From Octopus bimaculoides (Eukaryota): a stretch of DNA of 50,993 nt. The notes beneath the pieces were generated by a model. The model worked only from the letters and a program-made list of their open reading frames with translations, made no database searches and was not told the DNA's origin. The translations under genes and the position numbers were made by a program. Location of the stretch: contig NC_068982.1 of the NCBI RefSeq assembly GCF_001194135.2, forward strand, positions 83,355,971 through 83,406,963, given 5' to 3'. Positions 1 to 11,741 of the stretch are shown here, in pieces; within the stretch, counting starts at the first letter, position 1; each line of letters begins with the position of its first letter.

Positions 1-2084
1 ATTCCTCATCGACGCCCATGTTCGCTCCGAGATCGTCATCGTACCTTCCCTCCACTAATCCACCATAGAATGCATTAATTGTGATGCAGTCGCTCAAGGT
101 TGACCTGGGGTGTTGGAGTTGCCGGAGAGCAACGTGACACTCGCGGTGCCATTTGCCCTTCCTCGGCCTCTTCTTGATCCATGACTGCAGTTCGGTAATG
201 GAGACGAGCTGCGGGAAAGCGCGCCACACAAACGGTGACCACACTTGTTCACCGTTGTCTATGTAGAGCTGGAGATGTCGCAGTCTCAGTGCGTGTCTGC
301 ACATCATCAACCACGGCATGCCCAGTCCTCCTTTTAACGGGTGTTGGCAGCAAACGGATCGCCTGACCATCGGAACGCTTCGGAACTCAACCGGACTGGC
401 AGTCCAACGCCCCATGACGGAGGCACTGCTTAACGGCATGGGCTTGCTTCTCCAGGTGCCGAGCCACAAGCCCACTGACTTATCCCGGTTGATTTTTGCT
501 CCTGTTATCGCTTCGTAGTCTTTCAGCATCTCACCGACAAGCTCGATGTGCTTTTGGCTAGACTCTATGATGGTGACGTTGTCCGCATATGCCGACACGC
601 TCGTCCCGCATCCTAACTCTCGTGGGATACCCTTCAGTGTCATCAGCTTCCGCAGTAGTGGCTCGAGAGTCAATATGTACAGGAGCGATGAGAGGGGGCA
701 TCCCTGATGGACCAAACGTGCAATGTCGAAGGATCTTGAGAGATGCCCATTGACACGAACTACCGAACGGATGCCTCGGTACAAGGCAGCCATCCAGCCG
801 CGGAAAACCAGACCGAAACCGGCCGCTATGAGGACAGCCTCGAAGTATTGATGGGCTACCCTATGGAACGCTTTCGATTGATCTAAATTGATCAGGGCCC
901 CACCAATGCCAGGTTCCTTAACTACCCGCTTTATTATGTAGCTCATCAGATGGAGGTTGTCATGGATGCTTCGGCCCGGCACGGGGCACGTTTGCGCCTT
1001 GCGCAGCTCCATCACCTTCGTTCCTTAGAGCACGCATCCTAGCCCTGACAACGCACCCTTCGTGTTTGGCGTTGAATTGTTGGTCTAGGGCCAACCTCGC
1101 TGCCAAAAAGGCAGATGCGATGCCACTTCTAATTGCCTCTTCTAGCTTCTTAACTAGCTCACCCTCTACTCTATTTCTGTCTATGGCTAGTGCTTTGCTA
1201 TACCTAACCGCTTCTGCTTTTATTGCTCTCTTGAGGGCAAACCACCATTTGTTATTGGTGATGGCTCCTGTCAAAGCCCTCTTTACTAACGTGCTAATCT
1301 GGTCTCTGAAAACCAGTCTCGACAGCAAAGATGCGTTTAGTTTCCAGTAACCGGGGCCCTGCGTATGTGTCTTATCTAAGTCTAGCGTACACGTCACGAG
1401 TTTGTGATCCGTGTAGCTGACTATGTGAAATTGTGGACACCCTATGCTATCTCTATCTACTCCTCTACACAATACTCTATCTAGATACGATCTCGACAAC
1501 CCGATGCAGTTGCTCCATGTCCACGTTGGCGCATTCGGGTGGTCGAGTCGGTACCTGCCAGACAGTTGAAAGCGTCTGAGCAGGTCTTTGAAGCATTTGC
1601 ATCCCCGTCTATTCCTATCTCTGCCCACGTAGTCTAGATGTGTGTCCAAGGTAGCATTCCAATCCCCCACTAAAAGTAAAGGACAAGACGTTCCTAGGAA
1701 TACTTCTAGACGTCGAAAGAAATCCGGCCTACCTGTTAAAGGTGGTGCGCAGACTGATATGAGTCGAAAAGCACACCCATCGCTGCCATCAACATCCAGA
1801 ACAGCCAATCTACCCTCCGGCTCTATGAATACTGTCTTTACTTCGAGATCTAGACTCTTGCGAAAGAGTACCGCCATGCAACTACTGCCCATTCTCGGCA
1901 GACAGGAAGCAATATAAATGTTAAACTGTCTGCCAAACATGGATGTTAGGGCCCGCGGATCATGGAGTCTGATCTCGCTTATGGCTATGATTCCTAGTTT
2001 ATGTGACTTTATGTCGTTTAGGAGGTACCCTTGTTTCCAAGGGGACCCCAAGCCACGCGCATTTACACAACGAATCTTGAGCAT
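1..2084 (-). pseudogene. Copy A ORF2 (AP endonuclease + RT), disrupted: ~566-bp deletion at ~1000, YADD changed to YADN, frameshifts
   Basis: ORF 960..2084 is the APE domain. At 998-1002 the sequence jumps from ALRNEGDGA directly to AQTC(P)VPGRS when compared with copy B. TAT GCG GAC AAC (YADN) lies at ~580-591. Confidence 0.9.
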
Positions 2085-2135
2085 AATCCTGATGTGAGTG
2101 TTAGAGTTCTAAAGACAAGAACAGAGAGTCACTTA

Positions 2136-4014
2136 TCATTCGAGAATTTTTTGTGTCTCCTCCTTCGAGTTTTCTTCCAGGAGATCACTGTACAGTTTTT
2201 TCGCCAGGTATTTTTGGCATTTGCCAACTGCCTTGGGAAAAATGGATTTTAGTGTGTGGTGCAGGGTTGGTGTTATGTGTAGTATTTTGATGTGTTCTGG
2301 CGGTGTTGTGTATGGGTGGTTGCTGGTTTTTATCTCTTCGTTTGTTACGTTTGTTTTTGTGTTGATGGCAGTGAGCATTGAGTGTGTGTTTACTTTGGGG
2401 GTTTTGTTGCTTGTGTTGTTGTTGTGTGTGCTTGTGTTGGTGTCTGGAGTGTTTTCAGGAGTTGTGTATCTCCCTGCTTTGTTGGTGTTTGCTTTTCTTT
2501 TTTTGCTCCTCTTCCTTCTTCCTTTTTGAGCTATTTGCCATTCCTCATTACTTTCGTCTTCCGACGAGAGTTCTGTGGAATCAGAAGTGGGTAAGGGCAA
2601 ATTGTGAGCGTCTGTATGTGTTTGTGTGAGTGGTTGTGTTGCTGTTTTTGTTTGTGTTGGCTGCTTGTTATTTGTGTGAGGTGTATGTGATATGGGGAAG
2701 GGGGAAACAGTCTTGGAATTTTCTTTTTTTTTTCTCCTGTTTCCTCACTTGTTCTTGCAGTTGCTGTTTTCTTCTCAGTTGTCGGTGTTGCTGGTATTTC
2801 TCTTGTTTTGAGTGTTGATGGTGGTATTGGTAGTAGGGGTTTCTTCGTGGGTTTTGGTAGTTGCCCTTGTTGTTGTTTTTGGTTCGCGGCAGTTGGGCAA
2901 TTCTTTTTGAGGTGTGCCTCGCTGCTGCATACATATAAGCGTGGCTGCCTTCCTTCCACTACTACATACAACTTGTGGTCCTTTGCCAGTTGGCTGTGTG
3001 TGGGGATTTTTGGGACTCCTCTTCAGTGATGTGGAGGAGGACTTCGAGTTTCTTTCCCCCTTCCCAGTTTTTCTCCTCTGCAGCTGCAATTTCTAGTATA
3101 TTTGCCTCCTCCATTTCGAGGCATATGGCAGATATTATCCATTGCGTCTCCACTTGTGAAGGTACATTCTTTACTGTCACTTTCATCACTCTCTGTCCAA
3201 GATAACTAGGTATCATCACCAAGTCATCTGTGTGGAGAGAGAGTGTCGAAAATTGCTTTGCTAAGTCTTCGCTCTGGAAGCGCACTTGAATGGTGGCGAA
3301 CTTGCGCCTCCAAGTAACATGCTGTTGATAGGGCCATATAGGTCTAAGACAAAGTTCAATCTTTTTGGTGGTGAAATTCTCTGGTCGCTTGGTTTTGGTG
3401 TTGATGAGTCTGTATGTGATGTATTTCTTGTTTGTGTTTTCGATTATTTCTTTAGGAATGTGTAGTTGTACGGTGTCACCTTCTTTCGTGAGAATGGATT
3501 TTGTGTCTTTAATTTGTTTTGGGGTGAATGTTATTATTGTTCTTTTTTCCTTAATTGCATCTGCAAAATTTATTTTAGTGGTGCTGGCAGACATGTTTTT
3601 TGTGGCGGTTGTGGTGTTGTTTATCTTGTTCATCTTGTTGTAGTTGTTGATGGTGGTGTTGACAGTGGTGTTGGTACTGCCAGGTTCAAAGGTGGTGGTA
3701 GTGGCAGCAGAGTTTGTTGAAGTAGTGGTGGTGTCGGTGTTGACGGCCAGTGACCTGTTGTTGTTGCTGTTGTTGTTGTTGTCACTGGTGGTGGTGGCAG
3801 GCCAGACTTCTCTAGCAGCAGAGTTTTTGGATGTGATGGTGGTGGTGGTGGTGGTGGGGACAGCAATTGTGACCATAGTGCTCTTTTTGTTGTTGTTACT
3901 GGTGGTGGTGGCAAGTGAGACTGCTGTAGCAGCAGAGTTTTTACAGGTGATGGTGGCGGTGGTAGTGGTTGAGGCAGCAGCAGTAGACTCAGAGTCATTG
4001 CTCTTCTCCACCAC
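2136..4014 (-). pseudogene. Copy A ORF1 (gag-like nucleic-acid-binding protein), frameshifted
   Basis: Three overlapping ORFs (2962..4014, 2531..2971, 2136..2600). Thr/Asn-rich N-terminus, RRM-like block (TIQVRFQSEDLA...MIPSYLGQRVMKVTVKNVP), knuckle LYVCSSEAHLKKNCP, homologous to intact CYLCDSEAHLKKECP in copy B. Confidence 0.85.
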
Positions 4015-4015
4015 C

Positions 4016-4037
4016 TAGATAGATAGATAGATAGATA
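4016..4037. repeat. (AGAT)5A microsatellite between the two Tx1 copies
   Basis: tagatagatagatagatagata read directly. Confidence 0.98.
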
Positions 4038-4361
4038 CATTTCTTTTATTAGCCACACAGGGCTCAACACAGAAGGGACAAATACAATGTAGAGTTTTTC
4101 TTTTCAAGGGGACGAAATAAAGTAAAAAATAAAATAAATAAAATGGGGCTCACGATGAAAAGGCATCGAAAAAACGTTTGGGGTATGTACAAAAGAAAGA
4201 AAATAAATATTACAAAAACTTCCCAATAAATGGGGAGGTTATTCGTGGAAAGAAAAACCTACGAAAAAGACCACTGTAACCTCGGTCATTAATGTTACAA
4301 TTTGCAAAATACACTTTTATTTTACGAAAGAAATGTAAGTAACTCTCTGCTTATAAAATTT

Positions 4362-7300
4362 TTACTGTTCTATAGAACCACGTTCAAAGTTTGCTTCGTC
4401 ATTTATACTTGCCATTCTTGCTACATGTATCCATCTTTTTTTGAAACATTTGCTAGACAACACTTGCCTCTCTACTCTCACCTTCCTTTTCAAGTGATAC
4501 TTGAAAAAGTTGATGAGAGATTGACCAGAGAGGAAAGTGTTTGTCTCTAATCCTTTCAGACGCGTCCACCATACACATTCTTTCGCCATAGCCACAAGTA
4601 CAATAAAAACAGCTCATCCTTCCCGTTTAAAGGAAGAAGGCGTGACGATATTGACAATAGACTCGGTCGATAAACTGACTCATCCCACATGTGACAGCAA
4701 TCGTTCGACATAAGCCCACAGGTTGGAAATGGTTGGACACTGCATGATTGCGTGCAGAACAGTCTCGTCACTCTGACTGCATCTCGGGCAGGTTGGCCCT
4801 GTGTTTCTCGAACCGTGTCAGTAGAGCTTATCCCAAACGGGTAGTGCTCCTCGGTAGCACTTCCAGGCTAGGGATCTCTGGAAGTTATCCATAGGTCCTG
4901 GCCCGAAAGTCATCTTGAACAGGTGGGTCAGGTATCCCTCGTTGACGCCCAGGTTCGCCCCGAGATCGTCGTTGTACCTCCCCTCCACTAATCCCCTATA
5001 GAATGCATTTGTTGTGATGCAGTCGCTCAAGGTCGACCCGGGACAGCAGAGTTGCTGGAGAGCAACGCGACACTCGCGGTGCCATTCGCCCTTCCTCAGA
5101 CTCTTCTTGATCCACGACTGCAGCTCGGTCATGGAGANNNNNNNNNNNNNNNNNNNNNNNNNNNNNNNNNNNNNNNNNNNNNNNNNNNNNNNNNNNNNNN
5201 NNNNNNNNNNNNNNNNNNNNNNNNNNNNNNNNNNNNNNNNNNNNNNNNNNNNNNNNNNNNNNNNNNNNNNNNNNNNNNNNNNNNNNNNNNNNNNNNNNNN
5301 NNNNNNNNNNNNNNNNNNNNNNNNNNNNNNNNNNNNNNNNNNNNNNNNNNNNNNNNNNNNNNNNNNNNNNNNNNNNNNNNNNNNNNNNNNNNNNNNNNNN
5401 NNNNNNNNNNNNNNNNNNNNNNNNNNNNNNNNNNNNNNNNNNNNNNNNNNNNNNNNNNNNNNNNNNNNNNNNNNNNNNNNNNNNNNNNNNNNNNNNNNNN
5501 NNNNNNNNNNNNNNNNNNNNNNNNNNNNNNNNNNNNNNNNNNNNNNNNNNNNNNNNNNNNNNNNNNNNNNNNNNNNNNNNNNNNNNNNNNNNNNNNNNNN
5601 NNNNNNNNNNNNNNNNNNNNNNNNNNNNNNNNNNNNNNNNNNNNNNNNNNNNNNNNNNNNNNNNNNNNNNNNNNNNGGTTGATTTTCGCTCCCGTCACCG
5701 CTTCGTAGTCTTTCAGTGTCTCGCCGACCAGCTCATTATGTTCGTAGTTAGACGTTATGACGGTGACGTCGTCCGCGTATGCCGACACGCTCGTCCCACA
5801 CCCCAGTTCTCGCGGGATACCCCTCAGCGTCGCCAGTTCCCGCAGTAGTGGCTCGAGAGTCAATACGTACAGAAGCGATGAGAGGGGGCATCCCTGATGG
5901 ACCGATTGTGCAATGTGGAAAGGTCTTGATAGGTGCCCATTGACGCGAACTACTGAACGGATGCCTTTGTACAAAGCAGCCATCCAGCCGCGGAAAACGG
6001 GACCGAAACCGGCCGCTATGAGGACAGCCTCGAAGTATTGATGGGCTACCCTATGGAACGCTTTCGATTGATCTAAATTGATCAGGGCCCCACCCATGCC
6101 AGGTTCCGTAACTACCCTCTCTATGATGTAGCGCATCAGATGGAGGTTGTCATCGATGCTCCGGCCTGGCACGGCGCATGTTTGCGCCTTGCCGATCAGT
6201 TTTTCGATGACAAGCGCCAACCGCTTGGCTAACACCTTGGCCAAAATTTTCAGGTCTGCATTGAGGAGAGTGATAGGCCTAAAGTTATGTATGATGTCCC
6301 CCTTGTTTGAATCTTTTTTCAGAAGTGATACGGCTCCTCGGCTCACAAAACCGGGAATGCTCCCGTTCTGCTGCCAGTTGCAGTACACCGCTGCCAAGAC
6401 GTCTCCTAACAAGTCTGGCATACAGTTGTAAAGCTTGTAGGGCAGACCATCCAAACCCGGAGATTTGTCATTCCAGCATCCCGCCATTGCGTCCCTCACT
6501 TCCGCTGCCGTGATGGCACCTTCGCAGCACTCCGCCTNNNNNNNNNNNNNNNNNNNNNNNNNNNNNNNNNNNNNNNNNNNNNNNNNNNNNNNNNNNNNNN
6601 NNNNNNNNNNNNNNNNNNNNNNNNACAGTCGGGCAAAATGCCGCTGAAAGGCCTCGCACATCTTGCTCGGCTCAAGCAATTCGCACTCTTGTTCGTCTAC
6701 CAGAGACCGGATGGTGGCTCTGTTGCCCCACTGCACCTCTGCCACCCGGGCCTCTTGCGTGGCTCCATCACCTTCGTTCCTTAGAGCACGCATCCTTGCC
6801 CTGACAGCACATCCTTCGTGTTTGGCGTTGAAATGTTGGTTGAGGGTCAATTTCGCTGCCAAAACGTCGGATGCGATGCCGCTTCTTAATGCCTCCTCTA
6901 ACTTGTTCACTAGCTCTCCCTCTACTCTGTTTCTATCTACGGCTAGTGCCTTGCTATATCTAATTGCTTCCGCTCTTACTGTTCTCTTGAGGGCAAACCA
7001 CCATTTTTTGTTGATGATGGCTCTCGTCAAAGCCCTCTTTACTAACGTGCTAATCCGGTCTCTGAAAACTTGTCTCGACGGCAAAGATGCGTTTAGTTTC
7101 CAGTAACCGGGACCCTGCCTATGTGCGTTATCTAAGTCTAGCATACACGTCACTAGTTTGTGATCTGTGTAGCTGACTGTGTGGAATTGTGGACATCCTA
7201 CGCTATCTCTATCTATTGTCCTACACAGTATCCTATCTAGATACGATCTCAACGACCCAATGCGGTTGCTCCATGTCCACGTTGGCACATTTGGGTGTTT

Positions 7301-7672
7301 TGAGTCGGTACCTGTCAGACAGTTGAAAGCGTCTGTGCAGGTCTCTGAGGCATTTGCATCCCCGTCTATTCCTATCTCTGCCCACGTAGTCTAGATGCAT
7401 GTCCAAGGTAGCATTCCAATCCCCCACTAAAAGTAAAAGACAAGACGTTCCCAGGAATACCTCTAGACGTCGAAAAGAAATCTGTCCGACCTGTTAAAGG
7501 AGGAAGATAGACTGCTAGCAGCCGAAAAGCGCACCCATCGCTACCTTCGACATCCAGCACAACCAGTCTACCCTCCGGGTCTATGAATATCGTCTTTACT
7601 TCGAGATCCAGACTCTTGCGAAAGAGAACCGCTGTGCCACTACCGCCCATCCTCTGCAGACGGAGAAAAATA
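4362..7672 (-). pseudogene. Copy B ORF2 (APE-RT-Cys/His domain); N-terminal ~210 bp including the ATG deleted; stops and frameshifts
   Basis: ORFs 7372..7719, 7233..7427, 5129..7288, 4818..5132 and 4362..4595. Compared with copy A, the equivalent of 1915-2124 is absent at ~7672. Confidence 0.9.
5138..5676. other. Assembly gap (others at 6538-6624, 17792-17891, 21726-22037, 36971-37070, 40522-40991)
   Basis: Runs of N. Confidence 1.
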
Positions 7673-7675
7673 GAG

Positions 7676-9528
7676 TTACTTACTGTTTGAAAGTTTTGTC
7701 TCCTTGGATTTTTCATCAAGGAAGCTGTTGTACAATTTCTTGGACAAATATTTTTGGCACCTCATTACTGCATTGGGGTAGAGGGATTTTATTTGGTGGT
7801 GCAATGCTGGTGTTATGTGGTATATTTTTATGTGTTTTGGTGGTGTTGTGTGTGGGTGATTGTTTGTTTGAATGTCGTTATTTGTAATGTTTGTTTTTGA
7901 GTTGATGTATTTCATCAGCCCTGTGTTTGTAGTGTCTATTGCTGTGAGCATTGTTTTTGGTATGTTATTATTGGTGTTGATCGTGTTGGAGTTGGAAGTA
8001 TTTTCGGGAGATGTTAATCTCCCTGCTTTGTTTGTGTTTGTTTTTGATCTTTTTTTTTCCCCTTTTCCTCCTTCCTTTCCTGGCTATTTGCCAGTCTTCG
8101 CTACTTTCGTCTTCAGACGGAATATCTGAGGAATTGGAAGGGGGCAGGGGCATGTTATATGGATCTGTGTTTGCTTGTGTAAGTGGTTGTGTTGTTGGTT
8201 GTTGAATTTTTGGTTGTGGTGTATGTGATGTGGGGGAAGGGGGATCAGTTTTTGTATTGTCTTTTCTTTTTTCTTCTTTGTTTGTTAATTTTGCAGTTTT
8301 TGTAGTTTTTTCCATTGTTGATGTTGCCGATATTGGTTTTGTTGTTTTTTGTGTGGATGGCAGTGTGGGCAGCAAGGTTTATTTTATAGGTTTTGTTAGT
8401 TCTTGTTGTTGTCTTTTTAGGGCAGTCGGACACTCCTTTTTGAGGTGTGCCTCGCTGTCGCATAAATAACAACGAGGCCGCCTGCCCTCTACCACTACAT
8501 GTAGTTTTTGATCTGGTGACACACGGATGTAAGGTGGAGTTTTCTTGATTTCTTTTTCATTTATGTGGAACAAGATTTGTATTGTTTGTCCTGTCCAGTT
8601 GTTGCTTTCTCCAACGGTGATTTGGAGGATATTTATGTTCTCCATGTCGACACATATGGCCAATAGCAACCATAGTGTGTCTATTGCTGGAGGTGCATTT
8701 TTTATTGTTACCTTTGTTACCCTTTGGCCAAGGTAACTAGGTATCATTGTTATTTCTTGTGTTTGAAGAGTTAGCGTTGAAAATTTCTTTGCTAACTCTT
8801 CATTTCAAAAAATCACTTGGACATGGGCAAATTTATGCCACCAAGCGATGTGTTGTTTGTCAGACCAAATTGAGTGCAAGCATTTCTCAATCTTGTCTGT
8901 ACTGGCCCGTTCTGGCCTCCTACTTTTTGTGTTAATAACTTTGTATATGATGGTCCTTTTGTTTATGTCTTGTAATGTTTGTTCGGGGATGTTTAATTGG
9001 ACTTCATTATTTTCTTTTGTTATCAATTTTCTCATTTCTATTATCTGTTGTGTGGTATAAGACAATTGTTTCCTTTTGCTTCAAAGCTTCAGCAAAGTTT
9101 GGTTTTTTTGTTATTGTTGTTGCTGGTACTGGCGCTGGTGTTGGTGGCAGATGTGGCACTTGTGACTGTGTCAGTGGTGTTGTGACTTGTTTTTTCTTTT
9201 TCTGTATTGTTAGTTTTATTTGCTGTGGGAAAGGTTTAGCTATTTTCATTTTTTCCTTCTCTCCTTTGGTTGCTGCTGGTGAAGAGAGCAAAGGTTGAGT
9301 TGAACTGCTGCTGCTGTTGTTGTTGTTGTTGTTTGTGGTGGTGGTGGTGGTGGTGGTGGTGATGGCGTCAGCAGAAATGGTGTTGACATCAGAGACTTTG
9401 TTGACGGTATTCGTGCATGGTCTTGTAACCTTGGTTATATTTTTGTTTTTGGTGGTGGTGGTGGCGGTGTTAACGTTCATGTTAACACTTGTATCTGTCT
9501 GTGTGATGCTTTTTTCCTTTTTCTTCAC
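7676..9528 (-). pseudogene. Copy B ORF1 (gag-like, single CCHC zinc knuckle), frameshifted
   Basis: ORFs 9007..9528, 8805..9065, 8379..8747 (RRPRCYLCDSEAHLKKECP = Cx2Cx4Hx4C), 7968..8375 and 7676..7951, all colinear with copy A ORF1. Confidence 0.85.
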
Positions 9529-9846
9529 ACCTTCGTTTAAATGTGGGGAAGGGAATATAAGTCAATGTCAAAAGAAAGGCTGCAAAATTCAGCGTTCATT
9601 GAATGATCGCCTTCATGGCTTGAAGACCCCATCCTCAAAAACAAAAATGGCTAAGAAAGCCGAAACCAATTTTGTAAAATGTGGAAATATGTCACACAGG
9701 GCAGATTTCCTGTGCAAACAAGTTGCACAACAGAATCTATGAGTTGTTGCACAACTTTGCTATATAAAATTCAATTGACATACACACTTTTGAAAGCAAA
9801 ACTAATGAAAATGTATGGAGCTGATGCGTCTACCGTTCGTCCATAA

Positions 9847-9867
9847 AGATAGATAGATAGATAGATA
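9847..9867. repeat. (AGAT)5A microsatellite at the 5' junction of Tx1 copy B
   Basis: agatagatagatagatagata, the same 21-nt length as 4017-4037. Confidence 0.98.
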
Positions 9868-9939
9868 TCATACTCAATGTATGTAGACTGTTTACAAGCT
9901 AGACTAATTTTTGTCTGAAATATGTCTTCAGCTATTTAC

Positions 9940-10130
9940 ATTATAATCATTGTCATTTCTACATCTGTTTTCCATGATGGCATGGGTTGAACGGTCAGAC
10001 AAGATCCAGTTAGTCTGACATTTTGCTCCAGTATCTCAGTTTCCATAACTGCTAGATCCCTTTCCTAATGTCAGCCACTTCAAGGAAGTGTACTGGATGC
10101 TTTTTCCATGGCAACTCACAACACCAAAGT
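9940..10130 (-). mobile_element. Degraded SINE 3'-tail fragment
   Basis: ttttccatgatggcatgggttgaacgg ... ttcctaatgtcagccact resembles the intact tails at 21433 and 50666. Confidence 0.55.
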
Positions 10131-11741
10131 ATTTCCTTATTTGAAAGAGGAGGAGGAGATGGAGTGGTTAGTTTAAGTGTGATGTTGAGAGGAAGGAGTA
10201 GGGACAGGTTTGTTGTGGAGGGATTCATTGCTACTTAGAATTTACATAAGTTGGGTGGTGTGACTGAAGTGGTGCCACAAAGCAGGTAAATATGGTGGTG
10301 ATGGGTGAGAGGTGAAGGTAGTGAATAGTAAACAGAGTTGAACTGAGCAATAGTAAATATGTGTAGAGAACAATGATAAGAATGAAGGGGTAGGGTGCGA
10401 TGTCAGTTGAAAGTAGTTCAGAGGAACTGGAGTGGTGACTAATAATACAGAGATGGTGATATGAAATTGTTGTAAGAGTTACTAATTTCATTACTTACAA
10501 CCGAAAAATAATACAGGAGAGTTATGGAGGGTTTGATTGAATGAGAGATGAGGGATGAAGATTGTTAGAGTGTAGTGGGGTGAGAGTAGTAGTGTGTTAG
10601 TGAAGCAAAAGCAGTGACACATATGTAATAGTGGGTTACATGCATTTAGATTTCTAACACTGCAGTCAACAACAGCAGAGATAGGAATGAACTCTTTCTT
10701 AGCCTGACACTACACAATAGTTTAAGGAGTCAATAACTGTTATGGGTATTTTCTTTCTTTATCTTTGTAGTTCTTTTATTTTATTAGAAAATGGTGGTAA
10801 AGAGTTTGACATGATGCAGGTCAAAGGTCAGAGGTCTATAGTTAACACTCCTTCTCTGTCTGGCTATAAATAATATATCTGTCCTGTCTGTCTCTATAAC
10901 AGTCAGTTGGTGTGTGACCTGCAAGTGGTTTTTAAGCAGTTCATGTATTGTGCCACAGAAAGTTTGCCTTTATTCTAAACTTTATCTAACATTCCCACAT
11001 TTAACTTCCTTCTCACTTTATCCTTGATAAACATAGCCTATTTTGTCGATGTTAATTATTTTTCTTTCTTTTTTTTTTATTTTTAATTTCATATCCCTAT
11101 CACAATTTGCCATACATTCAGTAATATAACTATTGATTATTCAGTTTTTAATGAAATGGCGGAGTCCCAAAACTAATTTTTGTATATTTTTGATTGATTC
11201 CTTATCTTAGTTTAATGTTGTAACTTCTAACACCTTTTAGTGAACTTTGTAAATTTATGGTACTAATTCTTTTGATACCAACCTACTGCATCTGCCAAGC
11301 TGTGTTTAAAGTATTTCAATTTAAACTTTCTGCCATAATTTCATTTATATTCCAAACACCAGCTTAATAATGGAAATTTTAATAATCTTAATCACCATCA
11401 CCTTGCAAATTTTTTATCATATTCAAAATTAATCAAAGCATTTAAGTGGAATCTTCTCTCTCTAACCATTTTCTATAATGATCACTTCTTCAGTCCAACC
11501 CATGTCAGCATGGAAATAAATGCTAAATGATGATGATAATGATGTTCACTTGTTGATGAAACATTATTAATTTAGTTCAATAGGTTTAACAACTCAGCTG
11601 AATTTACAACCAAAAGTGGGTGACATTATTATATACATGAGGTATTAAGTATTACATATGTAAGATACACAGGTCATGAAAGAGGAAATGGATGATAGAG
11701 AAAAAAAAATTTACAAATCTCCTTTTGTTGGTTGTTTTTCA

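Larger units (their letters stand above)
1..4015 (-). mobile_element. Tx1-like (L1 group) non-LTR retrotransposon, copy A; 5' end starts within or near the ORF1 start, internally deleted, 3' end runs off the window
   Basis: ORF1 with an RRM-like region and a degenerate zinc knuckle, then ORF2 with AP endonuclease (VNARGL, GDWNATLD, SYLDRVL, TDHK, GPGYWKLN) and RT (QGCPLS, AYADN, GGLGMP). Colinear with copy B. Confidence 0.93.
4038..9846 (-). mobile_element. Tx1-like non-LTR retrotransposon, copy B; near full length with 5'UTR, ORF1, ORF2 and 3'UTR
   Basis: 5'UTR ~9530-9846; ORF1; ORF2 with APE, RT (KSPGLDG, FRPITLLN, QGCPLS, YADD) and C-terminal CPRC...H...C motif (~4740-4790). The 3'UTR ends ...GTGTGGCTAATAAAAGAAATG next to (TATC)n. 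Confidence 0.95.

Noticed and set aside
2221-4018. Hydrophobic Val/Leu-rich plus-strand ORFs resembling membrane proteins (also 7872-9742)
   Set aside because: Antisense shadows of the A/C-rich Tx1 ORF1.
5014-5708. Long ORFs spanning N-runs (also 21532-22265, 36888-37217, 40465-41293)
   Set aside because: They are open only because of assembly gaps.
7655-7690. GTAAGT donor and pyrimidine-CAG acceptor ~30 nt apart at the ORF1/ORF2 junction of copy B
   Set aside because: Too short for an intron; the juxtaposition is explained by the ~210-bp deletion.
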